In this document: positions 24,101-31,717 of the stretch, piece after piece | Position numbering within the stretch: position 1 is the first letter of the stretch | How the letters are laid out: every line of letters begins with the position of its first letter | Source of the DNA: Obrimoposthia wandeli | Lineage: Eukaryota | Reading direction: 5' to 3' | Assembly: GCA_977020255.1 (NCBI GenBank) | Contig: CDROCS010000253.1 | Location: 1,922,001 to 1,986,000, forward strand | Length of the DNA: 64,000 nucleotides | Translations under genes and position numbers: made by a program | Notes under the pieces: generated by a model | Told to the model about the DNA's origin: nothing | Seen by the model: only the letters and a program-made list of their open reading frames with translations | Databases searched by the model: none

Positions 24101-24879
24101 GTGTTGAAGCAACGAGCTTATTTAATGATGCTAACGCCATGCTTGATGATGTTATTAACAATAAAAAAATATCTGCTAGAGCAGTATTTGGTTTGTTTCC
24201 GGCGAACAGTAATCAAGATGACATACAGCTATACACAGATGAAGGTCGTCAGGACAAATTAATGAGACTTCATCAATTACGCCAACAAAGTAAAAAACCA
24301 GCAGGGCAGTTTAACCGTTGTTTAGCTGATTATATAGCACCAGAAGACTCAGGCATTGAAGATTATGTTGGTGCTTTTGCTGTATCAGCAGGTTTTGGTG
24401 TTGAAGATTTAGTAAAAGTTTTTGATGCAGATCACGATGCCTATAATTCAATATTACTCAAAGCGGTCGCTGATAGATTAGCGGAAGCGAGCGCTGAGTA
24501 TTTGCATGAAAAAGTTCGTAAAGAATATTGGGGTTTTGCGCCTGAAGAAGATCTCAATAATGACGCGTTAATTCGCGAAAGTTATCAAGGTATTCGACCT
24601 GCGCCAGGTTATCCTGCTTGTCCTGAACATACTGAAAAAGGTTTATTGTGGGAGTTACTTAATGTTAAAGAAAACATTGATATGGATCTCACCTCAAGTT
24701 ATGCCATGTGGCCAGGTGCAGCGGTTAGTGGTTGGTATTTCTCTCATCCAGAATCAAAGTATTTCGCGGTAGCAAAACTAGCTAAAGATCAGGTACTCGA
24801 TTATGCAGCACGTAAGGGCATGACCGTAGAGCAAGCTGAACGTTGGTTATCTGCAAACTTAGATTACGAACCAGAATAA
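21187..24879 (+). CDS. metH: B12-dependent methionine synthase
   Basis: [42 protein letters not shown]12 motif, [12 protein letters not shown]. Confidence 0.98.
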   Translation: MKKHPSFALFEQQLAKNILILDGAMGTMIQAYKFEEQDFRAERFADWHTDVKGNNDMLVLTQPEIIKAIHLEYLEAGADILETNTFNATTIAMADYDMQEYSAEINRVAAQIAREAADEYTKKNPDRPRFVAGVLGPTNRTCSISPDVNDPAYRNVTFDELKDAYIESTLALIEGGSDIILIETIFDTLNAKAAVFAVETVFDQLGERLPVMISGTITDASGRTLSGQTTEAFYNSLRHAKPVSFGLNCALGPVELRQYVAELSRICDTAVSAHPNAGLPNAFGEYDFTVEDMNTHVEEWASSGFLNIIGGCCGTTPDHIRGMADSVAHIKPRKVEKREIACRLSGLEALTINKDSLFVNVGERTNVTGSAMFKRLIVEEDYDKAISVALQQVENGAQIIDINMDEGMLDSKTAMVRFLNLIAGEPDIAKVPIMIDSSKWDIIEAGLKCIQGKGIVNSISLKEGEENFRQQAELLRRYGAAVIVMAFDEDGQADTRKRKYEICHRAYHMLVDEIGYPPEDIIFDPNIFAVATGIEEHNNYAVDFIEAVDDIKKNLPYAMISGGVSNVSFSFRGNNPVREAIHAVFLYYAIKNGMDMGIVNAGQLAIYSDLPANLKQAVEDVISNSDDGATERLLDIAQEFHGKAGGQVSKTDLTWRELPINARLSHALVKGINEFIVEDTEEARLAAEKPLDVIEGPLMDGMNTVGDLFGAGEMFLPQVVKSARVMKQAVAYLNPYIEEGKTEISTNGKVLLATVKGDVHDIGKNIVGVVLQCNNYEIIDLGVMVSCDDILRVAKEESVDIIGLSGLITPSLDEMVYVAKEMKRTGVKLPLLIGGATTSKAHTAVKIEPQYDEPVVYVSNASRAVSVVSNLLSSEHKAKFFASTQEEYERVRVRHYKKGPRSSLISLEAARANATKINFEDYRPKKPNKLGVTVLDNIDLNEVRKYIDWTPFFMTWQMSGKYPLILKHEVIGVEATSLFNDANAMLDDVINNKKISARAVFGLFPANSNQDDIQLYTDEGRQDKLMRLHQLRQQSKKPAGQFNRCLADYIAPEDSGIEDYVGAFAVSAGFGVEDLVKVFDADHDAYNSILLKAVADRLAEASAEYLHEKVRKEYWGFAPEEDLNNDALIRESYQGIRPAPGYPACPEHTEKGLLWELLNVKENIDMDLTSSYAMWPGAAVSGWYFSHPESKYFAVAKLAKDQVLDYAARKGMTVEQAERWLSANLDYEPE

Positions 24880-24955
24880 GCTGAACCAGAGTAAGCTGAG
24901 TTGTTTGAATAGATTAATTGATTACCTATTTAAGTAGACAAGTTGAGACTAATAA

Positions 24956-24992
24956 AAAAGGCTGCACCATGTTTATCATGGTGCAGCCTTTT
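24956..24992. terminator. Terminator between metH and the convergent hpf-like gene
   Basis: AAAAGGCTGCACCATG-tttat-CATGGTGCAGCCTTTT, a perfect 16-bp stem. Confidence 0.82.
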
Positions 24993-25097
24993 CGTTTTCT
25001 AGTTAATGCTTTTTAGTAAAATGAATTTTGCTTGTAATGTATTACGTTATTACAAGCACTTTACTGGCCTTGGCTTATGCCTTAGCTCATATCTAAA

Positions 25098-25433
25098 TTA
25101 CGCTGATTGATATAAGTCTGTTTGTGGTACTTCAAACTTATTATTGAATTTGGCGGATAATACACCCTTACGATGTGCTAGTGCTGATTGTAGTTTTTTG
25201 GCTACTTTTGCAATGGCAACATAAAGTTGTTTGTCAGAAGCATTTACAGTTACTTTTTCACCTTCATAAAGTGTGGTTACTTCAAGTTTTTGTAGATGCG
25301 GCTCAACGGTAATAGTCGAGTCTAACGTCATAATTGACGGATAATGTTTAGAGATTTTCGCAAACTTATTCTCGATAGATTGCTTGATACCTTCAGTTAT
25401 TTCAACGTGGTGTCCAGAAATTTTAATCTTCAT
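25098..25433 (-). CDS. Ribosome hibernation factor (HPF/RaiA family), divergent stand-alone copy
   Basis: MKIKISGHHVEITEGIKQSIENKFAKISKHY matches the HPF/YfiA N-terminus. SD GAGGT 6 nt before the ATG. Not next to rpoN or pheA. Confidence 0.85.
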   Translation of the reverse strand: MKIKISGHHVEITEGIKQSIENKFAKISKHYPSIMTLDSTITVEPHLQKLEVTTLYEGEKVTVNASDKQLYVAIAKVAKKLQSALAHRKGVLSAKFNNKFEVPQTDLYQSA

Positions 25434-25489
25434 AGTCTTACCTCTTTTGTTATCTTTAACTTTATCTGTGTCGTTATCTTCAATTTCAT
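25430..25489 (-). CDS. Putative 19-aa upstream ORF MKLKITTQIKLKITKEVRL
   Basis: GAAGGAGG lies just upstream of ATG 25489. The TGA overlaps the hpf-like ATG (ATGA). Confidence 0.45.
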   Translation of the reverse strand: MKLKITTQIKLKITKEVRL

Positions 25490-25670
25490 AATCCTCCTTC
25501 AGTCATAAAAATGCAATAGAAAAATGGTAGATAAATGCAATTAAATGTAACCAGTTTTTTGGTCGTTTTGGGCATGAAATATGCAAATAAAAATTAAGGA
25601 GCAAATAATTACTTGGCTTAATAACTTACCTCAGTCAGATCGTTAATTAGTTTTTGGAGTTGTAATGATT

Positions 25671-26378
25671 TTAGTGATGATTTTTAAAAATACTCGGTAC
25701 CAAGTCTACTTCTCTACAAAGGCCATTAAAATCAGGTACCGTAATACAAGCACCTGATTCAGTAATGAGGCCACTGAATTTCAATTTTTTAAATAATCGA
25801 GATAATGTTTCTGGTGTAATGCCTAACTGTGAGGCCAATACTTTCTTGGTATTTGGCAGGGTAAATCGATTACCACTTCTTTTTTGTTTGCTATAAATAT
25901 CAGCGAAATGCATAACCAACCGTTGATTTGCATTAACTTGTGTGAGCATATCTAACGAATTCATTAATTGGCCTACACGGTTACTGATAAAGCTGATCAC
26001 CTGCAATGATAGTTCAGGGTTGCTAACAAATAATTCTTTAAAGCTTTCGTAGCTATAAGCAGTTAGTGTTGTTTCTTGATCTATGTGGGCACTCATAGGG
26101 TACTCTCTTGGCTGCATAAAAACGGCCATTTCAGCAATAACTCCGCCAGACATAAACACTTTAAATATTTTTTTCTCGCCATTAGGCATTAATCGAGACA
26201 GGGTTACTTTGCCTTTATTCACGCGGTAAATATGGTCTGCGCTATCGCCTCTTTCAAATAAATAATCATTACTATTCAAATTTATTTGATGACTTTTAGA
26301 TTCTAGAGTATTGCGCTGAGACCGCGAAAGTAACTGCAGTATTGAAGCTTCAGTTGAACAAAAATGTGTACTAGGCAT
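25671..26378 (-). CDS. Crp/Fnr-family regulator, Dnr/NssR/HcpR-like
   Basis: cNMP-like domain (YLFERGD, GKVTL, GGVIAE), C-terminal HTH LASQLGITPETLSRLFKKL with E..SR recognition residues. No FNR N-terminal Cys cluster. Start 26378 or 26399. Confidence 0.9.
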   Translation of the reverse strand: MPSTHFCSTEASILQLLSRSQRNTLESKSHQINLNSNDYLFERGDSADHIYRVNKGKVTLSRLMPNGEKKIFKVFMSGGVIAEMAVFMQPREYPMSAHIDQETTLTAYSYESFKELFVSNPELSLQVISFISNRVGQLMNSLDMLTQVNANQRLVMHFADIYSKQKRSGNRFTLPNTKKVLASQLGITPETLSRLFKKLKFSGLITESGACITVPDFNGLCREVDLVPSIFKNHH

Positions 26379-26410
26379 AATATTTCCGTATGTAGGCATA
26401 AGCGATGACC

Positions 26411-26424
26411 TTGATAATTGTCAA
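26411..26424. promoter_or_regulatory. FNR/Dnr-type binding site
   Basis: TTGAT-aatt-GTCAA (9/10 to TTGAT-N4-ATCAA), flanked by CC and GG. Centre 26417.5. Confidence 0.85.
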
Positions 26425-26446
26425 GGGGCTAATGAAGTAATCACCG

Positions 26447-26452
26447 TATAAT
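26447..26452 (+). promoter_or_regulatory. -10 element of a class II Crp/Fnr-activated promoter for the ABC/TBDR operon
   Basis: Perfect TATAAT. A predicted +1 at 26459 puts the FNR box at exactly -41.5. Confidence 0.8.
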
Positions 26453-26469
26453 AAATGAAAATCATTCTC
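26451..26469. promoter_or_regulatory. Fur-box-like operator
   Basis: ATAAATGAAAATCATTCTC, 14/19 to GATAATGATAATCATTATC. Overlaps the -10 end and predicted +1. Confidence 0.7.
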
Positions 26470-26483
26470 ATTTATAGGTTGCT

Positions 26484-27494
26484 ATGAAGTATTTTTCATC
26501 CTGTGTATCGCTATTTTTATTACTCAGTTTTTTGTTATTAAGTCCTAAAGCTAATGCGGGCGACAGTTCCCCTAATAATGAGAGACGTTTTACACTGGCA
26601 GGTCCAGGTGCTGTGGTCAGTTATCCCTTAATGGTGATGGCACAAAAAAGCATGTTGTCGCAGCAGCATATTGCACTTGAGTTTGTGCAATGGAAAAATC
26701 CTCAACAGCTGAGAGCCATGGTTATGGGGGGACAGGTGGATTTCACTGCGATGCCATCAAACCTTGCAGCAACGTTTTATAATCGCGGACACCAACTGAG
26801 TTTAGTCAATATTTCTATTTGGGATATCATGAGTATTGTCAGTCAAAAAGGTCATCGTCTTACTGATATACAGGATCTAGTTGGCCAAGAAATAGCGGTG
26901 CCTTTTAAAAATGACATGCCAAGTATCGTATTAAAGGAGTTACTGAATGCTAACCTGGCGGAAAAGGCGAGCGAGGTTACGATTAGAAATAGCCATAACC
27001 TCGCTGATGCCGCTCAGTTATTATTGGCTAACAAAGTTAAGCATGCCTTATTAATTGAACCGCTAAGCTCAGTAGTTTTATATCAAGCGAATAAAAAAAA
27101 TGCTCAAAAGCAGGGCGTTAATCTCGTCACCTCATTAAATATTAGTCAACTTTGGCAGAGTAGCTTTCCAAATAGCCCTAAATTACCACAAGCAGGTATC
27201 GTCGCTAACATTACCGTCAATCAAGACCGTAAAGTAGTGAGTCAAGTGAATCAAGCATATAAAGCTGCGGCTAGCTGGTGTCAGGATAATGTCGTTCAAT
27301 GCGCTGATATCGTAAGAGTCTATCTGCCTAAAATGCCACGAAAGGCACTAATTTCAGCAATAGAAAAAACAGCAATAACGACAGTGGATGCTAAGTCAGC
27401 TAAAAAGGATTTAGAAAGCTTTTATCGTCTGCTTGCTAAAAGTGATGCGAAGCGCATTGGTAATAAATTACCAGCAGAAGGTTTTTATTTCTAA
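26484..27494 (+). CDS. ABC transporter periplasmic binding protein (NitT/TauT/SsuA-like fold)
   Basis: Signal peptide (..KANA), AGP start of the mature domain, G.VDF..MP.N, DL.GQEIAVP, LLIEP. Followed by permease and ATPase genes. Confidence 0.85.
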   Translation: MKYFSSCVSLFLLLSFLLLSPKANAGDSSPNNERRFTLAGPGAVVSYPLMVMAQKSMLSQQHIALEFVQWKNPQQLRAMVMGGQVDFTAMPSNLAATFYNRGHQLSLVNISIWDIMSIVSQKGHRLTDIQDLVGQEIAVPFKNDMPSIVLKELLNANLAEKASEVTIRNSHNLADAAQLLLANKVKHALLIEPLSSVVLYQANKKNAQKQGVNLVTSLNISQLWQSSFPNSPKLPQAGIVANITVNQDRKVVSQVNQAYKAAASWCQDNVVQCADIVRVYLPKMPRKALISAIEKTAITTVDAKSAKKDLESFYRLLAKSDAKRIGNKLPAEGFYF

Positions 27495-28276
27495 TGGCTT
27501 TATTTAACGATAAAAACCAGTTAATTATAAAAAAATTATTTATCCAGCTTGCTGGCGTTTTAGCGCTTATTGCTTTTTGGCAATACCTTGCCAATCAATT
27601 AAGCAACATGATTTTAGCTTCGCCCAGTCAAACTTTTTCACGTTTGGCTGAGCTGATGTTAGACGCTGAGTTTTGGCAAACATTACAGGTTAGTCTTACT
27701 CGGTTAACTATCGCGCTCAGTGCTGCTTGTTTTATTGGTTTTTCTCTTGGTGTTATTGCGGGGAGAAAAACGTGGGTAAGAGATTTTATCGCGCCAACCC
27801 GCTGGCTACTGATGAGTGTCCCACCCGTCATTGTCGTACTGTTGGCAATGCTGTGGTTTGGTATGGGATCTTCTATGGTGATTTTCATTACGGTAATTTT
27901 ACTTACCCCAACCGTTTATATAAATACTCAAAAGAACATCGCCCAAATTGATCCGCAGTGGCTTGAACTGTCGAAAATATACCAATTTTCATATTACCAA
28001 TGTCTTTGTAAAATTTATATTCCTGCCATTGCACCAGCTTTATGCGCCACGTTAGTCATTGTTTGTTGCAGTGGTGTGCGAATTGTTGTTCTCGCGGAAG
28101 TATTAGGAAGTCATGAGGGCATAGGTTATCAGCTAACAAATGCCAGCAGTAACTTTGAAACGGCAGAGTTATACGCCTGGGTCTTGGTGAGTTTATTACT
28201 TGTTGCTTTGTTAGAGCTGCTGTTACTTAAGCCGATTCAAAATAAGCTGTTACGTTGGCAGGGAGAAAATTCGTGA
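27494..28276 (+). CDS. ABC transporter permease (NitT/TauT type)
   Basis: About 6 TM helices, ILASP, SVPPV...LAMLWFG, YIPA..P, AEVLG...GIGY motifs. Confidence 0.9.
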   Translation: MALFNDKNQLIIKKLFIQLAGVLALIAFWQYLANQLSNMILASPSQTFSRLAELMLDAEFWQTLQVSLTRLTIALSAACFIGFSLGVIAGRKTWVRDFIAPTRWLLMSVPPVIVVLLAMLWFGMGSSMVIFITVILLTPTVYINTQKNIAQIDPQWLELSKIYQFSYYQCLCKIYIPAIAPALCATLVIVCCSGVRIVVLAEVLGSHEGIGYQLTNASSNFETAELYAWVLVSLLLVALLELLLLKPIQNKLLRWQGENS

Positions 28277-28995
28277 TTGTAGCTAATACAAATGCCGTTG
28301 AACGTAATTCACTTTCGCCCATAGTTTCAATGGAAAATGTCACGTTATATTTTAATCAGCAGGCTATTTTTGATGATCTTTGTTTAGACATTTATGCAGG
28401 AGATAAAATTGCTTTACTCGGCAGAAGTGGTGTTGGCAAGTCATCGCTTATGAAGTTGATTGCTGGTCTTGAGCAAGACACGAACGGCTTAATTGTCAAC
28501 AGAGCACTACGTATTGGTTATGTATTCCAAGAGCCAAGATTATTACCTTGGCTTGACGTTGCCCAAAATATAATTGAAGTAATGAAAGCACGAGGCGTTC
28601 CGAAAAATCAACGGGAATCACGCCTTGATGAACTTTTAAATAAGGTTGGCTTAACGGGATACAAACATTATTTCCCGCACCAATTATCAGGAGGCATGGC
28701 ACAACGAGCTTCGTTAGCGAGGGCTTTCTCTACTGAACCCGATCTATTGTTACTCGATGAGCCGTTTAGTGCGTTAGATAAACACGCTACCGATGAATTA
28801 AGTTGTTTATTACAACAATTTTTGACCGAAAAAACTAGCATGCTTTATATCAGTCACGATATAGAGCAAGTCCTTAAAGTCACGACTAAATGCCTATTGT
28901 TGAGGCCTTCAAAACCCCCTTTGCCCTGTAATACAGCTACACCACAAGATCGCGATTTATTTATGAATCATATTTATCCATCAGAGGTTAACTAA
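28273..28995 (+). CDS. ABC transporter ATP-binding protein (NitT/TauT type)
   Basis: Walker A GRSGVGKS, VFQEPRLLPW, signature LSGGMAQR, Walker B LLLLDEPF, H-loop SHD. Likely GTG 28273 overlapping the permease TGA. Confidence 0.92.
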   Translation: MIVANTNAVERNSLSPIVSMENVTLYFNQQAIFDDLCLDIYAGDKIALLGRSGVGKSSLMKLIAGLEQDTNGLIVNRALRIGYVFQEPRLLPWLDVAQNIIEVMKARGVPKNQRESRLDELLNKVGLTGYKHYFPHQLSGGMAQRASLARAFSTEPDLLLLDEPFSALDKHATDELSCLLQQFLTEKTSMLYISHDIEQVLKVTTKCLLLRPSKPPLPCNTATPQDRDLFMNHIYPSEVN

Positions 28996-28997
28996 TT

Positions 28998-29438
28998 ATG
29001 TCCTATGCCGTTTTAATCACCATTCATTTGTTTGCAGCCGTTATGTTTATTGGTGTTGTTTTTTTTGAAGTTATTTTTCTTGAGTCAATAAGGAAGCGAA
29101 TAGCGAGTGAGATCATGGCACAAGTACAAGAAGGGATCACCACTAAAGCGCGAAAAATTATGCCGTATGTACTTGGCTTTTTATTTCTGTCGGGCCTAGC
29201 GATGGCTAATCATCACTTTCCCGGTTTTCAAAATATGATGTCGTCAAATTTCGGCCAACTGTTATCAGTAAAAATGCTCTTAGCATTTAGTGTGCTGATG
29301 CACTTCTTCACCGCTATGTATCTTTCCCGACAGGGAAAAATGAGCTGTAGTCGTTTTAAATTTATTCATTTAAGTGTTTTCTGCCATCAAGTGTTGATCA
29401 TCTTCTTAGCAAAAAATATGTTTTATATCACTTGGTAG
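28998..29438 (+). CDS. Uncharacterised ~4-TM membrane protein (CopD-like/COG3399-like)
   Basis: 146 aa, hydrophobic helices with membrane His residues (TIHLFA, LMHFF, FIHLSVFCHQ), RKIMP motif. Confidence 0.72.
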   Translation: MSYAVLITIHLFAAVMFIGVVFFEVIFLESIRKRIASEIMAQVQEGITTKARKIMPYVLGFLFLSGLAMANHHFPGFQNMMSSNFGQLLSVKMLLAFSVLMHFFTAMYLSRQGKMSCSRFKFIHLSVFCHQVLIIFLAKNMFYITW

Positions 29439-29452
29439 TTTAAGGAAATAAT

Positions 29453-31612
29453 ATGCAATATCACCGAAAAAAAATGGCTTCTCATCAAAAGTCAGCTTTA
29501 AAAAAAAGTTATCTCATTTTATGTATTGGTACTGCGATTATGGCTGCACCGACATTTGCCGATGAAGCTTCATCATCAATGACTATTGATGATCACATTG
29601 AAATAAATAGTCAGCGGACAGAGCGAGCTTTTCCTACATTGGAGGAAGCCCGTAGTGAATTGAAAAAAGTAGCGGGTGGCACCAACTTAATTGAAATTGC
29701 CAAATTACCAGCAAGACAAGCAACATTGCAAGATGCGCTGGGTTTTGAGCCAGGCATCATTATGCAAAGCTTTTTTGGCGGTAATGATCAACCTAGGCTT
29801 AATGTTCGTGGTTCAGGTATGCAAAGTAATCCTGTTAATCGCGGGGTACAGTTACTTTATGATGGTTTACCAATTAACCAAGCCGATGGCAGCTTTATTA
29901 TTGGCTTTCTTGATGTTAAATCAGCAGAAATGGTATCGGTATATCGAGGAGCTAATGCTCAGCGTTATGGTGGCACAACCTTAGGTGGAGCGGTTAATTT
30001 ACATAGTAAAAATGGTACTAATGTTAGCCCGAGTGTAAGAGTTGAATATGGTACTGATGATCGCGTAGGGCTGAGCGGGCAAGTGGCGGGGCAACATGAC
30101 GATTGGGATTACTATCTTAATGCGAGCCATGATAGTTATGACGGTTATAGAAACCATAGTACCTCCGAACGTAATAATATTTCTGCGAATGTCGGAATAG
30201 ATATTAGTGAAACCATTACCAACAGAACGTACTTTCAGTGGAGTGATAATCAATTTGATATTCCATTTGTGGTACCCAAAGACCGAGCTATTAACGTCCC
30301 AGAGCAAGTATTAGGGGACGGTAATACACCGCTAGATAAATTGTTAAACGTATACGATAGAGAGCCATACCGTGACTCTTCCTTGTTAAGGGTTGCCAAT
30401 AAAACGCGATTGAGTTTTGACAATTTACAGCAAGAATTTGGTATCTTCTATCAAGACTTATCAGATACTTTTACCGACCCATTAAAGCACAATGTAACTG
30501 AAAGTCAGGATGTCGGCTTTGAATACGCTGCTAGCTTAACAGGAGATTATATCAGTGAATATGATGAATTCTCCTTATCAGTCAGTGGTAATTTAAGTGA
30601 TATGAACCGACGTTACTTTGCTAACAGTCCTATAAATGGCAGTCAGTTGCAAAAATTTGGTGATGTAGATTTTGCAGCAAGTAATTTTATTTTAGCCTTA
30701 CAATGGCAAGCTCAACTGTCACAAAATATTCAGCTAGTGGCTGCTGCGCAGGGAGTTAACGCTAACCGAGATATTAGTGATAATAAAGGCACGGGGTTAA
30801 ATCAAGATAATAGCTACAATAGTATTAATCCTAAGCTGGGTGTTAATTATCAGTTTTCCGAGGATATTCGATTTTTTGCCAACTTAAGTGCCACGAATGA
30901 AGCGCCGACTTATTGGGAACTTGTGTCTGCCTCAGTCAGTCCAAAAAATCCTGCTATGGCCAAGGTAAGTTTGAATAACTTAGAGGCTCAGTCCTCCAAT
31001 ACCATAGAGTTTGGCTCTAGTGGCAGTATCGGTCAAACACAGTGGAATATTGCACTATATCGAAGTGATATTGATGATGAATTAATTTCTATTGTCAGTG
31101 ATTTTGCTGTTAATGGAAAAACTGACAATTATAATGCAGGCACTATTCATCAGGGAATAGAGTTAGAGTGGCTACAAGGTCTTAGTGAGGGGTTGATTAC
31201 CTCGGGAGATCATTTGTCGAGTAAGTTAGTTTATAATTACTCCGATTTTTATTTTTCTGGTGGTGAGTATGAAGGTAATCAAATTGCCGGTGTGCCAGAG
31301 CATTTAATGCAATTTGAATTACGTTACCAAACAGCGAGTGGTTTATATATTGCGCCAAGCATTAAGTGGCAAATTGACGATGCAGCGATTGATCATGCTA
31401 ATAGTCAATATCAAGATGCTCATCTATTAGTTGGCTTACAAATGGCTTATCAAGTGAATAAAGATTTACGTGTTTATCTCGATGGACAAAACCTGACTGA
31501 TGAAAACTACCAAACGTCTTATGTAATACGTGGTTATTCAAATCCGAAACAACCCAGTTATTTACCAGGTTTTGGCCCAAGCGTCAGTTTAGGTATTAAT
31601 TATAACTTTTAG
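29453..31612 (+). CDS. TonB-dependent outer-membrane receptor, substrate unknown
   Basis: Signal peptide, plug motifs (RLNVRGSG, YDGLP, VSVYRGANA..YG..LGGAVN), NL.DE.Y, C-terminal GINYNF. Confidence 0.93.
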   Translation: MQYHRKKMASHQKSALKKSYLILCIGTAIMAAPTFADEASSSMTIDDHIEINSQRTERAFPTLEEARSELKKVAGGTNLIEIAKLPARQATLQDALGFEPGIIMQSFFGGNDQPRLNVRGSGMQSNPVNRGVQLLYDGLPINQADGSFIIGFLDVKSAEMVSVYRGANAQRYGGTTLGGAVNLHSKNGTNVSPSVRVEYGTDDRVGLSGQVAGQHDDWDYYLNASHDSYDGYRNHSTSERNNISANVGIDISETITNRTYFQWSDNQFDIPFVVPKDRAINVPEQVLGDGNTPLDKLLNVYDREPYRDSSLLRVANKTRLSFDNLQQEFGIFYQDLSDTFTDPLKHNVTESQDVGFEYAASLTGDYISEYDEFSLSVSGNLSDMNRRYFANSPINGSQLQKFGDVDFAASNFILALQWQAQLSQNIQLVAAAQGVNANRDISDNKGTGLNQDNSYNSINPKLGVNYQFSEDIRFFANLSATNEAPTYWELVSASVSPKNPAMAKVSLNNLEAQSSNTIEFGSSGSIGQTQWNIALYRSDIDDELISIVSDFAVNGKTDNYNAGTIHQGIELEWLQGLSEGLITSGDHLSSKLVYNYSDFYFSGGEYEGNQIAGVPEHLMQFELRYQTASGLYIAPSIKWQIDDAAIDHANSQYQDAHLLVGLQMAYQVNKDLRVYLDGQNLTDENYQTSYVIRGYSNPKQPSYLPGFGPSVSLGINYNF

Positions 31613-31632
31613 CCTTTTCTAATATTAAGTGG

Positions 31633-31669
31633 TATAAAGCGAGTCGTTAATCTAACGGCTCGCTTTATA
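31633..31669. terminator. Terminator between the TBDR and peptidase genes
   Basis: TATAAAGCGAGTCGTTA-atc-TAACGGCTCGCTTTATA. Confidence 0.75.
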
Positions 31670-31717
31670 AATTAGTCACTATTAAGTAGTCAATATTAAG
31701 TCGTCATGGTATTGATA

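Noticed and set aside
25568-25585. Sigma54-like GG-N10-GC motif (GGCATGAAATATGC)
   Set aside because: It lies on the plus strand, pointing into the 3' end of the regulator gene rather than toward the hpf-like gene, and has ATGC instead of TTGC.
25098-31669. Calling the accessory locus a mobile genomic island
   Set aside because: No integrase, flanking direct repeats or tRNA target were seen, and I did not compute GC or codon bias. Horizontal origin is unproven.
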